Shown: piece after piece, positions 53,548-63,678 of the stretch
Layout of the letters: every line of letters starts with the position of its first letter
Position numbering within the stretch: the stretch's first letter is position 1
Source of the DNA: Saprospira grandis
Lineage (GTDB): Bacteria; Bacteroidota; Bacteroidia; Chitinophagales; Saprospiraceae
Assembly: GCF_027594745.1 (NCBI RefSeq)
Contig: NZ_CP110854.1
Span: 1,052,241-1,116,240 of the forward strand
DNA: 64,000 nt
Direction of reading: 5' to 3'
The notes under the pieces: generated by a model
What the model was told of the DNA's origin: nothing
What the model saw: only the letters and a program-made list of their open reading frames with translations
Database searches by the model: none
Program-made: the position numbers and the translations under genes

Positions 53548-56500
53548 TTAGAGCGTTTGCTTCACTTCTTTGATTTCGTAAACTTCGATTTCGTCGCCTT
53601 CACGGATACCGTCGAAATTGCGGATGGTTAGACCACATTCGAAGCCATTTTTAACTTCGGGGACACTATCCTTAAAGCGTTTGAGTGAGCTGAGTTCGCC
53701 ATGTTGTCCTTCCTTTTTGGGGAAGATCACGATACCGTCGCGGATCACTCGGATATAGCTATTGCGGGTTACTTTACCAGATTGCACCATACAACCGGCA
53801 ACTTTACCCACCTTAGAAATGCTAAATACGGTTTGGATAGCTACAGAACCAATAGTTTCTTCTACTTGCTTGGGTTCTAGCATACCTTCTAGGGCAGACT
53901 TTACTTCCTCGATAGCATCGTAGATAATAGAATAGGTCTTAATTTCCACTCCTTCTTGTTCAGATAGGCGGCGAGCAGATGGGTTGGGGCGCACTTGGAA
54001 GCCGATAATAATGGCATCTGAAGCGGCGGCAAGGTTTACATCAGACTCTGTAATTTGACCTACAGCTTTATAGATAATATTGGTTTGAATTTGCTCGGTA
54101 GAAAGTTTGAGCAAAGAATCAGAAAGTGCTTCTACAGAACCGTCCATATCTCCTTTCACGATCAAGTTCAACTCTTGGAAGTTACCCACTTTGAGTCGGC
54201 GCGTAATATCGTCTAGAGTAATACGGCGGGTAGCACGAATCTGTTGCTGGCGGATAATTTGGCCGCGTTTGTTGGCCAATTCTTTCACCTTACGTTCAGA
54301 CTCTAGTACCTGAAGCTTCTCCCCTGCTTGAGGGGCGCCATCGAGGCCAAGAACGAGAACGGGAGTAGAAGGTCCGGCCTTTTTCACTCGTTTACCTCTT
54401 TCGTCGAACATGGCTTTCACACGGCCATGATATTGGCCCGCGATAATAGGATCTCCGATAGCGAGTGTACCAGTTTGCACCAATACTTTGGCTACATATC
54501 CGCGGCCTTTTTCTAGAGAGGCTTCGAGGATAGCACCAATAGCTCGGCGGCTAGGATTAGCTTTAAGTTCTAGCATTTCAGACTCCAACAAGATTTTCTC
54601 TAGGAGTAAATCTACATTGAGGCCTTTTTTGGCTGAGATATCTTGACTTTGGTAAGTACCGCCCCATTCTTCAACGAGGAGGTTCATAGAGGCCAATTCT
54701 TGTTTAATTTTCTCGGGTTGTGCGCCTTCCTTATCAATCTTGTTAATAGCGAAGATGATAGGTACTTCGGCAGCTTGGGCGTGACTAATCGCCTCTTTAG
54801 TTTGAGGCATGATGTTATCATCTGCGGCGATGATAATTACAGCCACATCGGTTACTTTTGCACCACGGGCACGCATAGCGGTAAAGGCTTCGTGACCAGG
54901 AGTATCAAGGAAAGTAATGCTTCCCATATCCTTCACCTTCACTTCATAGGCACCAATATGCTGAGTAATACCTCCGGCCTCACCTTCGGCAACATTAGCC
55001 TTACGGATGCGGTCCAAGAGTGATGTTTTACCGTGGTCTACGTGACCCATTACGGTAACGATTGGAGAGCGGGGTTTGAGATCTGCGGGATCGTCTTCTT
55101 CCTCCTCCTCTTCGATATCGACTTGATCTTCGGCAGAGATAAACTCTACTTCATAGTCATATTCTGTAGCGATCAGTTCGATAATTTCTGCATCTAGACG
55201 TTGGTTAATCGAAACGAACTGTCCAATTTGCATACACATCATGATGATATCGGCGGGAGTGACATTGAGCAGGCCGGCCAATTCAGATACAGAGATAAAC
55301 TCTGTCACCTGTAGTACCTGGGGCTCTTCCATCTCTTCTTCCATACGTTGACGCATGGCTTCCTTCTTCTCATCACGAGAGGCACGAGTAGAACGGCGTC
55401 CTCCTTTTTTGCCTCCACCATGCAGGCGTTGCATGGTTTGTTTTAGTTTATCGTCTACCTCCTTATCAGAGATTTCGCGGCGTTTACCTTTCTTCTTCCG
55501 CTTCTTATTGCTATTAGACGATTGGCGATCATTAGATCCTCCACGATTGTCGTTAGATTTACCACGATTATCGTTTTGGGCTTGATTGGTTGAGATCTTG
55601 GTGCGCTTACGTTTTGTTCTATCGTTATTGGCATCCTTTTTCTCCTCCTTCTTCTCTCCGCCTTTTTTGGCCTCTTGTTTTTCCTGAGGCTTTTTATCGT
55701 CGGTACCGCCAATTTTCTTGCGGTTACGTTTCTTTTTGCGTTTGCGGCGTGGGTCTTCAATATTGATCTTACCTAAGATCTTGAGCCCTTTAAGTTGGGG
55801 AGCCTCCATTTTGATATCGACTCCTTCCTTTTTCTTTTCAGTAGTTGCTTCTGGCTGTTCTTTGGTTTTCTGTTCCGTTTTCTCAGCCACAACTTGTTTT
55901 TCTTCTACCACTTTTGGTGATTTGGTTTCTTCCTTTTTAGGCGTCTCCTGCTTAGGCTCTTCCTTAGCTTTGGGGGCTTCTTCCTTTTTGGGAGTTTCTT
56001 TCACCTCCTGTTTGGTTTGTTCCTCCTGCTTAGGTTTAGGCTCTTCTTTTTTGGGCGCCTCTTCTTTCTTGGCAGTAGTTTTCTTGCCTCCTTTACGGCG
56101 GCCAGAGCGAGACTGCTCATCTAAGTTGATTTTGCCCAAAATTTTCGGCCCTTTAGGCATATTAGAAACCACTTCATCATCTTTGGTTTCCTCCTTTTTC
56201 TCAGAAAGCTCGCTTTGCTTTACAACGGGAGTCTCTTCTTTGGGTGTAGTAATTTCAACTTTCTTAACCGGCTTTGCTTCTTGCTTAGCCTTGGCCAATT
56301 GGCGCTCTTTTTCCTTCTTTCTTTTCTCCTCCTCCTTCTTTTCCTTCTCTAAGCGGCTGCCAATAGTAATCTTGTCCGCCTCTTCCTTAATGGCGGCAGA
56401 TTTGTTGAAACGGGCCAACAACTTATCGTACATTTCGTCTGAAACCTTGGCTGTGGGGCGGTTGACCACCTCATATCCATTATCGTTCAGATACTCAACG

Positions 56501-56556
56501 ATAGTGTTTGTTCCAATATTTAGCTCGGCAGCTACTTTTACTAACCTTTTTGACAT
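53548..56556 (-). CDS. infB: translation initiation factor IF-2
   Basis: N-terminus [25 protein letters not shown]-rich linker, G-domain [16 protein letters not shown] and DTPGHEAF. Confidence 0.95.
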   Translation of the reverse strand: MSKRLVKVAAELNIGTNTIVEYLNDNGYEVVNRPTAKVSDEMYDKLLARFNKSAAIKEEADKITIGSRLEKEKKEEEKRKKEKERQLAKAKQEAKPVKKVEITTPKEETPVVKQSELSEKKEETKDDEVVSNMPKGPKILGKINLDEQSRSGRRKGGKKTTAKKEEAPKKEEPKPKQEEQTKQEVKETPKKEEAPKAKEEPKQETPKKEETKSPKVVEEKQVVAEKTEQKTKEQPEATTEKKKEGVDIKMEAPQLKGLKILGKINIEDPRRKRKKKRNRKKIGGTDDKKPQEKQEAKKGGEKKEEKKDANNDRTKRKRTKISTNQAQNDNRGKSNDNRGGSNDRQSSNSNKKRKKKGKRREISDKEVDDKLKQTMQRLHGGGKKGGRRSTRASRDEKKEAMRQRMEEEMEEPQVLQVTEFISVSELAGLLNVTPADIIMMCMQIGQFVSINQRLDAEIIELIATEYDYEVEFISAEDQVDIEEEEEEDDPADLKPRSPIVTVMGHVDHGKTSLLDRIRKANVAEGEAGGITQHIGAYEVKVKDMGSITFLDTPGHEAFTAMRARGAKVTDVAVIIIAADDNIMPQTKEAISHAQAAEVPIIFAINKIDKEGAQPEKIKQELASMNLLVEEWGGTYQSQDISAKKGLNVDLLLEKILLESEMLELKANPSRRAIGAILEASLEKGRGYVAKVLVQTGTLAIGDPIIAGQYHGRVKAMFDERGKRVKKAGPSTPVLVLGLDGAPQAGEKLQVLESERKVKELANKRGQIIRQQQIRATRRITLDDITRRLKVGNFQELNLIVKGDMDGSVEALSDSLLKLSTEQIQTNIIYKAVGQITESDVNLAAASDAIIIGFQVRPNPSARRLSEQEGVEIKTYSIIYDAIEEVKSALEGMLEPKQVEETIGSVAIQTVFSISKVGKVAGCMVQSGKVTRNSYIRVIRDGIVIFPKKEGQHGELSSLKRFKDSVPEVKNGFECGLTIRNFDGIREGDEIEVYEIKEVKQTL

Positions 56557-56779
56557 TCCGTGTATTTAGCTAATTGCGTAAAAATCGTGATTTTAAAAAA
56601 TCGGTACAAATATAGTCAATATATTTGAGAGCATTCCCATAACATTAGGAAAAATGCCTTTTGGCCCCTTCTTTATTCATAGAAAAGCCTAGGGCCCTTG
56701 CTTTTCTTATCTTGAATTTCGTCTTCTGATACCTGCTTTTTCTCTAGCGAGAAGGGGCGATATGGGCTAGCTTTCAGCT

Positions 56780-56827
56780 AAAAAAGGCCTAAGTACAAGA
56801 TGTTTTTTATTACGCCCCTACTTAGGC
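56780..56827 (-). terminator. hairpin + U-run between nusA and infB (possible internal attenuator or partial terminator)
   Basis: ggcctaagta/tacttaggcc 10-bp stem with a 22-nt loop, followed by U6 on the minus strand. Confidence 0.4.
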
Positions 56828-56846
56828 CCCTAAACGTTAGCAGTAA

Positions 56847-58163
56847 TTATTCTGCGCTATCTTCCTCACTACTCTCCTCTTCGGCTTCTTCTTCAACAGG
56901 ATCGGGCAAATCTTTGCCTCCATCGTCAAATTCTGCTTTGAGGACCACAATGATTTCCTTAATGGTCTCCTCTTCCAAGTCTGTCCGACGCAAGAGCTCA
57001 TCCAAACTTAGATTGAGTACATTTCTGGCGGTATCACAACCAATATTCTTCAGTTCATCAATGACCCAATCTTCAATCTCATCTCTAAACTCGTCGAGCT
57101 CTACATCAAAGTCGGCATCTGTATCAAAGGCGCCTTCTCTAAAGACGTCAATGTTGTAATCTACTAAACGGCTAGCCAATTTGATATTGACGCCCTTCTT
57201 ACCAATCGCCTTAGAAATTTCAGCCGCTTCCAAAAAGACAGAAGCTTTGCGATTATCCAAGTCCAATTCTACCGAACTGATCCGCGCTGGCGTCAATGCC
57301 CGCTGAATCAATAAGGCTTCATTGCTAGTATAATTGATAATGTCTATGTTTTCGTTCCGCAATTCCCGAACAATTCCGTGAATTCTAGAACCTTTCATCC
57401 CTACACAGGCCCCAACAGGGTCAATTCGCTCGTCATAAGACTCTACCGCTACCTTGGCTCTATCGCCAGGCGCACGAACAATCTTACGCACTGTAATCAA
57501 TCCATCCTCAATCTCAGGTACCTCCTGCTCGAGCAAACGCTCCAAAAAGCTGCTGGCCGTACGAGAAAGAATGACCATGGGGTTGTTGTTTTTGTTCTCT
57601 ACTCGGTCCACTACAGCCCGAACCATATCTCCCTTACGGAAATAATCGCCGCGAATAGTTTCCGATTTAGGCAACATCAACTCCGCTCCAGTAGCCTCAT
57701 CCACAATCACAAATTCCCGCTTCAAGGTCTGTGCTACTTCTCCAAAAATAAGGTCCCCAATCCGGTCGGCATACATCTGATATACCTTGTCCTTCTCTAG
57801 TTCCAAAATTCTTGAAATTAAGGTCTGACGAGCCGCCATGATCGCACGACGACCAAAATCAGCTACGCCCACTTTTTCATAACACTCTTCGCCTACCTCA
57901 TAGTCCTCCTCAATCTTTACCGCATCGCTAATCGCAATATGATAACGATCATCCTCTACCTCGCCATCGGGAACGATCTCGCGCTTGCGCCAAATCTCTA
58001 AATCCCCCTCAATGGTGCTCACAATGATGTCAAAGTTATCATCGGCCCCATACTTTTTGCGAATAAGGGTTCTGAATACATCCTCGAGCACCCGCACCAT
58101 AGTTGGGCGATCAATGCTCTTCATATTTTTAAACTCCGAAAAGGAATCAATCAAATTGATCAT
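56847..58163 (-). CDS. nusA: transcription termination/antitermination factor NusA
   Basis: N-terminus MINLIDSFSEFKNMKSIDRPTMVRVLEDVF, then S1/KH regions and an acidic C-terminus. Confidence 0.9.
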   Translation of the reverse strand: MINLIDSFSEFKNMKSIDRPTMVRVLEDVFRTLIRKKYGADDNFDIIVSTIEGDLEIWRKREIVPDGEVEDDRYHIAISDAVKIEEDYEVGEECYEKVGVADFGRRAIMAARQTLISRILELEKDKVYQMYADRIGDLIFGEVAQTLKREFVIVDEATGAELMLPKSETIRGDYFRKGDMVRAVVDRVENKNNNPMVILSRTASSFLERLLEQEVPEIEDGLITVRKIVRAPGDRAKVAVESYDERIDPVGACVGMKGSRIHGIVRELRNENIDIINYTSNEALLIQRALTPARISSVELDLDNRKASVFLEAAEISKAIGKKGVNIKLASRLVDYNIDVFREGAFDTDADFDVELDEFRDEIEDWVIDELKNIGCDTARNVLNLSLDELLRRTDLEEETIKEIIVVLKAEFDDGGKDLPDPVEEEAEEESSEEDSAE

Positions 58164-58179
58164 ACCTTGTGTATAATTT

Positions 58180-58668
58180 TTAAAATGTAATCTTAACTAG
58201 CGCTTTCTTAATACACTCAAAGGGAATCTCCTGACGCATCTCGACCAACTCTTTCTTTTTCCGCCCCTCCAATTTCACTTTCTCACTATAAGTCAATACA
58301 ATATGCTCCTCCGTCACTTCTTCTAACTTCCCCTTCGCATGCTTGTGCTCTCCCTCAATCTCTACCGATAACTCCCGCCCTATGTTCTTCACATACTGAC
58401 GATGTAGCTTCAACGGACGATCTAGGCCCGGAGAGGACACATCCAAGGTGTATTTCTCTCCCAACCAACCATTCTCCTCTATCTGAGCTTCCAAATGACG
58501 ACTCAATCGCGCACAATCTCCAAAATTGACCCCATTGTCGCTGTCAATAAAAACCTGCACTTTGTTCTCGCCCTTATACTCAATCTCTACCAGAAATAAA
58601 GCCTCTCGACCCTCTTCTGCAAAATAAGCCGTTATCAAATCGGCTAGCTTTTCCGTAATTGTTGGCAT
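58180..58668 (-). CDS. rimP: ribosome maturation factor RimP
   Basis: Conserved position upstream of nusA-infB. About 160 aa, with a YVKNIGRELSVE-type motif. Confidence 0.8.
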   Translation of the reverse strand: MPTITEKLADLITAYFAEEGREALFLVEIEYKGENKVQVFIDSDNGVNFGDCARLSRHLEAQIEENGWLGEKYTLDVSSPGLDRPLKLHRQYVKNIGRELSVEIEGEHKHAKGKLEEVTEEHIVLTYSEKVKLEGRKKKELVEMRQEIPFECIKKALVKITF

Positions 58669-58894
58669 CTGACTTCTTTATAATAAAAAGAGGGAACGTT
58701 TTCACGGTTCCCTCGCTCAATGCGTTTTGCTGCCACAAATATAAGCATTTATCTTTAGCTTTTTGGACTTTCTCCAGATTTGTTAGCCCAGCCCCCATTT
58801 TTTCCAGCTCCTCTCCCCTCTTTTCTGCTGCCTCAATTTCTACTGTTTTGGGGCCGAGCAGCAAAGATGATCTAAAGGTTTTCTTCTCTTTATA

Positions 58895-59160
58895 TTGCTT
58901 ACTGTTTTTTTGGGGCCTCCCGCCTGCGGCGGGCGGTTACTCCCTTCGGTCGTCGAACTGCGAACTAAAGTTCTTGTTGTCGTTCCGCAGCTCGCTGCTA
59001 TTTTGGGGCCTCCGCCTCCCTTCGGTCGTCGGCGCTACGTTCCGCAGCTCGCTATTCGCTCGGCCCTTCGCCAGCTTCGCTGGCTCGGTCTGGCCTGACG
59101 GCCACTGCTGCACATCGCTAGGCCTGCGGCCCTTCGGGCCTGTAGGACGAAAAAGTTCTA
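58895..59160 (+). repeat. REP/MITE-like repeat, F orientation, long variant (copy R19, similar to R1)
   Basis: tcggtcgtcgaactgcgaact..., cgcagctcgctattcgctcggccc, ggtctggcctgacggccactgctgcacatcgctaggcc. Confidence 0.8.
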
Positions 59161-59166
59161 TTGTCT

Positions 59167-59754
59167 TCAAAAGAAAGAAGGACTTTCACCTTTTGTTTCT
59201 TTCCTTTTTAGGCCATTATCTCCCCCACTCCCCCCATAACAGAGGCAATTTTCATGCTCTGGATAGTCTTTTAGCTTAGGGTGCTTAAACTCCCCCAACT
59301 TTTGTAGGCCAATTTTTTTCATGACTTGCTCGGACTTTTGGTTGTCTAGGGTGCAAACGGCAATGAGCTGCTCTATTTCTAGCTCCTCAAAGGCAAATTC
59401 CAGACATTTTTTGGCCCCTTCTGTCGCAAAGCCCTGCCCCCAGGCCGCTTTTTTCAAGCGCCAGCCAATATCTACCGCAGGCGTGTAGGCGCTCTCATAA
59501 TCCTGATAGGCCAAGCCGATGAAGCCTATAAATTCTCCGCTCTCTAAAATGTCAGTGGCAAAATAGCAGTAGCCATATTTCTCCTGATGCGCCTGTAGCC
59601 GCCGCAGAAAGGCCGCCGTTTCTTCTTCTGTTAGTGGACTAGGAAAATGTTCCATGACCTCTATATCGGCATTCATTTTTGCAAATTCAGGCAGGTCGAC
59701 GGCGGTCCAAGCACGAAAGCCCAAGCGGGCAGAGCGAAAAAGGTAGTTTTTCAT
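59167..59754 (-). CDS. GNAT family N-acetyltransferase (RimJ/RimL-like)
   Basis: GFRAWTAVDLPEFAKMNADIEVMEHF...IGWRLKKAAWGQGFATEGAKKCLEFAFEEL. Start at ATG 59754. Confidence 0.7.
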   Translation of the reverse strand: MKNYLFRSARLGFRAWTAVDLPEFAKMNADIEVMEHFPSPLTEEETAAFLRRLQAHQEKYGYCYFATDILESGEFIGFIGLAYQDYESAYTPAVDIGWRLKKAAWGQGFATEGAKKCLEFAFEELEIEQLIAVCTLDNQKSEQVMKKIGLQKLGEFKHPKLKDYPEHENCLCYGGSGGDNGLKRKETKGESPSFF

Positions 59755-60083
59755 GTTGACTGTTTTTGTTGGTCCAAGATAGGGTTTATAATTTTGTGTC
59801 GGCCCCCTTTTCTGCGCCATAGGGGCTTCTAAATTTTATGGTAAATATATAGTTATAGTCGGGAGAAAGCTGGTTATAGCCATGGGCTAAAGCCCATGGT
59901 TGCTGGGCTATGCAAAGAGCGGGCTAAAGCCCTTCTTTGCTGCTGGGGCTTGGGCTCATTTTATTGTTTAGTGAATAGCGTTAGGAGTAGAAAAGCGAAC
60001 AAGGACTTTAGTCCGTCAGTTCGCTCAGTCAATAACCCTGGGCTTCAGCCTAGGGCGCTAAGGAAGGGGGACTGTTTAAAATT

Positions 60084-60527
60084 TTGTGTATGCGCCTTTC
60101 TTGCGGCCTAGGGACAAGCCCTGAACAGTTTCGTGAACTGGTTCGGTGCGGAGGTGAACCAGTTCGGTCTGGAGGTGAACTAGTTCGGTCTGGAGGTGAA
60201 CCAGTTCGGTCTGGAGGTGAACCAGTTCGGTCTGGAGGTGAACCAGTTCAGTCTGGAGGTGAACCAGTTCGGTCTGGAGGTGAACCAGTTCAGTCTGGAG
60301 GTGAACCAGTTCGGTCTGGAGGTGAACCAGTTCGGTCTGGAGGTGAACCAGTTCAGTCTGGAGGTGAACTGGTTCGGTGCGGAGGTGAACCAGTTCGGTC
60401 TGGAGGTGAATCAGTTCGGTCTGGAGGTGAACCAGTTCGGTCTGGAGGTGAACTAGTTCGGTCTGGAGGTGAACCAGTTCGGTCTGGAGGTGAACCAGTT
60501 CAGTCTGGAGGTGAACCAGTTCGGTAA
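60084..60527 (+). CDS. possible repeat-protein ORF (about 19 x GGEPVRS heptads). Coding status uncertain.
   Basis: ATG-initiated, stop TAA at 60525-60527 inside a terminator-like hairpin. Two of three forward frames stay open trivially because the unit is 21 bp. Confidence 0.25.
   Translation: MCMRLSCGLGTSPEQFRELVRCGGEPVRSGGELVRSGGEPVRSGGEPVRSGGEPVQSGGEPVRSGGEPVQSGGEPVRSGGEPVRSGGEPVQSGGELVRCGGEPVRSGGESVRSGGEPVRSGGELVRSGGEPVRSGGEPVQSGGEPVR
60121..60527 (+). repeat. tandem direct repeat, about 19 x 21 bp (GGAGGTGAACCAGTTCGGTCT) with point variants (cag/cgg, tct/tgc, cca/cta/tca)
   Basis: Read directly. The period is constant at 21 bp throughout. Confidence 0.9.
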
Positions 60528-60558
60528 AATACCGAACTTTTGCCCTTTTTGATTTTAT
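60518..60558 (+). terminator. intrinsic terminator-like hairpin at the end of the 21-bp repeat tract
   Basis: agttcggta-aaa-taccgaact followed by tttgccctttttgatttt. Confidence 0.55.
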
Positions 60559-60889
60559 TACATTATTTTCATTTTTAACAACTCCCTAACATTTGGGGGC
60601 AAAATTCTATTCCTGCAGCCTAAAAGCCCCTACTTTAGACAAAGGAGCTATTTGGTTTTTTAGGTCCTGCAGCTTTTAAGGGGCAGTATTATCCATAGTT
60701 TACCCCATAGCAAGAAGGGAGGCATACTAAACCCAATAAAATGGGCCGAAGGTTAAAACCTTCGGCCCATAACTAGAGGAAAACAGAGCGATTTAAGGCT
60801 AAAAGCCTTAACTCAATGCGGGTTTTACCCCTCATTTTATAAAAACATTGCGGAGCAATACCCTATTTGCTGCGGGTTTCAGCCCGCAG

Positions 60890-61030
60890 TTATGGCCGAA
60901 GGCCAAACGGCCTAGCGATGCGGCGGGGTGGCCGAAGGCCAGACCGAGGCGGCAAAGCCGCCGAAGGGCCGAGCAGACCTGCGAGCCCCAAAGCGTAGCG
61001 CCCGCCGAAGGCGGGAGGCCCCAAAAAAAA
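60890..61030 (-). repeat. REP/MITE-like repeat, R orientation (copy R20)
   Basis: ggcctagcgatgcggcggggtggccgaaggccagacc...gggccgagcagacctgcgagcccc...gggaggccccaaaaaaaa. Confidence 0.8.
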
Positions 61031-61088
61031 CAAAAAAGGAGCAGTAAAAAATTACTCCTCCTTTTGCTATGCTATTGTGCCCAAGCCA

Positions 61089-61910
61089 TTAGATAAAGAG
61101 GTCGGGCATAGGTTTTTGGTTGTTATCTACAGCATATTGGCTAAGGTCCTGGATGCCTTCAAACATCAAGACTTCATCATCGAGGAAGAAGTTGCCCGTG
61201 CATTCTGCGGCGGGGCGTTGCAAGATAAAATAAGCGGCATCGGCCACCACTTTGGGCGTACGGCTCTGTTGTACCATAGCCTCTCCGCCTAAAAGATTGC
61301 GCACGGCAGCCGTGGCAATAGTGGTTCTGGGCCAAAGGGCATTCACGCCAATTTTGTAATCCTTAAACTCCTCCGACATGCCCAAAACGCACATACTCAT
61401 GCCGTATTTGGTCATGGTATAGGCCACATGATTAGCGAACCATTTGGGGTCCATATTCAAGGGTGGCGAAAGGTTGAGGATATGGCCATTTTCTGACTTT
61501 TTGAGATGGGGCAAGCAAGTTTTGCTGACCAAAAAGGTCCCTCTCACATTTACAGAGTGCATCAAATCATAGCGCTTGAGGCTAGTGTGCTCCGTGGGCG
61601 TAAGGCTAATTGCGCTAGCGTTGTTGATAAGGATATCGATGCCACCAAACTCGGCCACCGCCTTATCTACGGCTTCTTGGACCAGCTCCTCGCTGCGTAC
61701 ATCTAGGAAAACCGCCAGGCCTTTTCCGCCAGCAGCCGTCATTTCTTCGGCGGCGGTATAAATGGTTCCCTCTAATTTGGGATGGGGTTCTGTGGTTTTG
61801 GCTGCCACCACAATATTGGCGCCCTCTTGGGCCAATCGAAGGCCAATTGCTTTGCCGATTCCGCGGCTACCGCCTGTAATAAAGACAGTTTTATTCTTAA
61901 AATAACTCAT
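61089..61910 (-). CDS. SDR-family short-chain dehydrogenase/reductase
   Basis: TVFITGGSRGIGKAIGLRLAQEGANIVVAAKT, with Y/K catalytic residues (YTMTKYG). Start at ATG 61910. Confidence 0.8.
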   Translation of the reverse strand: MSYFKNKTVFITGGSRGIGKAIGLRLAQEGANIVVAAKTTEPHPKLEGTIYTAAEEMTAAGGKGLAVFLDVRSEELVQEAVDKAVAEFGGIDILINNASAISLTPTEHTSLKRYDLMHSVNVRGTFLVSKTCLPHLKKSENGHILNLSPPLNMDPKWFANHVAYTMTKYGMSMCVLGMSEEFKDYKIGVNALWPRTTIATAAVRNLLGGEAMVQQSRTPKVVADAAYFILQRPAAECTGNFFLDDEVLMFEGIQDLSQYAVDNNQKPMPDLFI

Positions 61911-61945
61911 CAGGATTGATTTTTTGGTGTTGCTCTTAGCGAGCG

Positions 61946-61960
61946 GCTTGAAATTGACCA
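61946..61960 (-). promoter_or_regulatory. weak candidate sigma-54 (-24/-12) promoter upstream of the SDR gene
   Basis: Minus strand reads tGGtcaatttcaaGCc (GG-N10-GC spacing) about 40 nt upstream of the ATG. It lies next to a sigma-54 activator gene. Only a partial match to TGGCAC-N5-TTGC. Confidence 0.2.
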
Positions 61961-62004
61961 TTTTTTGTCAGTTCACAAAATATTAGTTGGCCTTTTTCTC
62001 TGCG

Positions 62005-63547
62005 CTAAGACAAGTCCAAATACTTGCGTATGGTGTTAATGGCCACCCCTAGCACCCGAGCCGTTGCCGTTTGGTTGCCCTGCATGCGTTCATAGACCAT
62101 TTTGATATGCTGCGCCTTGACATCCTCTAGGCGAAGGCTATCGAGAAAAAGCTGCTGCATCAGGTGCAATCTTTTGGGGAAATCTTGGCGAGTCACCTCC
62201 TCTAGGCCCAAAACATAGAAGCGTTCCACCAGACTTTCTAGCTCTCGGATATTTCCGGGAAAGCGATAATTGAGCAGCTCCTTATAGGCTTTCTTTTCAA
62301 ACTGAATTGGTTTTTGGCGGCAATAAAGCTGTCGTTTTTGCTCTACAAAATGCTTGAGGTAGAGCTCCTTGGCGGCTTGTCCCTGCTCGTCTAGGCTGGG
62401 CAGTTCGAGCTCAGCAATGGCGAGGCGATAATAGAGGTCCCAGCGAAATTTACCGGCCTGACAAAGCTGCACCAAATCCTGATTGGTGGCCACAATAATG
62501 CGCACATCTACCTTTCTAATTTGCTGCCCAATGGGGGCAATTTCTCCAGACTGCAAAACCCTCAAGAGCGTTTGCTGCATCTGGGGGGAAATATCGCCAA
62601 TTTCATCTAGGAAAATGCTGCCCTTATCGGCCTGCTCAAAATAGCCTTTATGCTCTTGGCTGGCGCCAGTAAAAGAGCCTTTGGCATGGCCAAAGAGGCG
62701 AGACTCCAGCAGAGAGTCGGAAAAAGCGGCACAATTGACCGCAATAAATGGCTGCTTGGATCGGGGTGATTTATTATGGATAAACTGGGCCAATAATTCT
62801 TTGCCACTTCCACTAGCCCCCTGAATAATAATCGTTCCTCTTTCGGCCTGCGCCACCTTAAAGGCCTGATTATAGACCCGCTCTAGGGCGGGGCTCAGCA
62901 GCACATGATCTTCGGGCAATTGGCTGCGGCTCATCTCTTGGCGGCTGCGGCCTTCTTTTAAGATGAAAGAGCCCAGCTCGGTGGCCCGTTCAATATTGAG
63001 AAACTTTCGACGGGGTTGTTGTTCGGGACTATCTTGGCTTTTGGTGGTTTGCAACAGGCAGGTCCGTAGACCCAGTTGCTGATGCAGCATAAACCAAACC
63101 ACCGACATGGCGGAGGTGCCCGGAGAGAAAAAGAGATCAATTTGATAATCCCTATGCTCAAACAATACCGGCTCTACCTTGGCCTTAATGGGGGCAAAAT
63201 CTATAATTTCCTCTTCGCTTAGGCCCATATATCGGCCCTCAATTTGATGGCTGGGAAAATCTCGTCTCAGCGTATTGAGCAGAAACTCAAAGGCCGTATT
63301 TTCTTGGGCCTTAGAACAGAGGATGATGTGCTTTTCATAGCCCTCACTTTCCGAAAAAAAGTATTGGTGGAGCTCATAGTTGGGCCCAAACTTATTGATT
63401 TGTGAACGTTTTTCTTCTCGCTCAAAATCAGAAAGGGGGGCCCACCAAGAAATAACGACCTTGGGTTGCATACCGCAGTGTTTAAACAATTGAATGGGTT
63501 GAAATTGATGGTTCAGATAGCTGATGAACCGGCTGTTTTCTGTCATT
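62005..63547 (-). CDS. sigma-54-dependent transcriptional activator (bEBP) with a non-receiver N-terminal domain and a C-terminal Fis-type HTH
   Basis: IIIQGASGSGKELLAQFIH (Walker A), ESRLFGHAKGSFTGA (GAFTGA-like), C-terminal ARVLGVAINTIRKYL. Start taken as ATG (MTENSRF) near 63545-63547. The ORF-track upstream extension uses TTG, and its boundary is off by 1 nt by my count. Confidence 0.75.
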
Positions 63548-63678
63548 TGTGTTGGTTTTGCTTTAGGAGGGGCAAAACGAACTAAAAAACAGACCAAGCT
63601 ATAATTCCCTGATAAACAAGCTCCTTTAAAACAGAAGCTTCATCAAAAAATGATGGCAGCTATCAAAAACTGATGACT

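Noticed and set aside
58689-58725. Hairpin (gagggaac/gttccctc) + U-run about 20 nt upstream of the rimP start, considered as a second leader-attenuator
   Set aside because: There is no associated mini-ORF and the stem is shorter. It is more simply the terminator of the upstream GNAT gene transcript. Mentioned only for contrast with the phhA element.
60196-60456. Second open frame (LEVNQFG heptads) across the 21-bp tandem repeat
   Set aside because: Any 21-bp tandem array without in-frame stops stays open. There is no independent start or terminator evidence for this frame, whereas the GGEPVRS frame at least has an ATG and a stop within a terminator.
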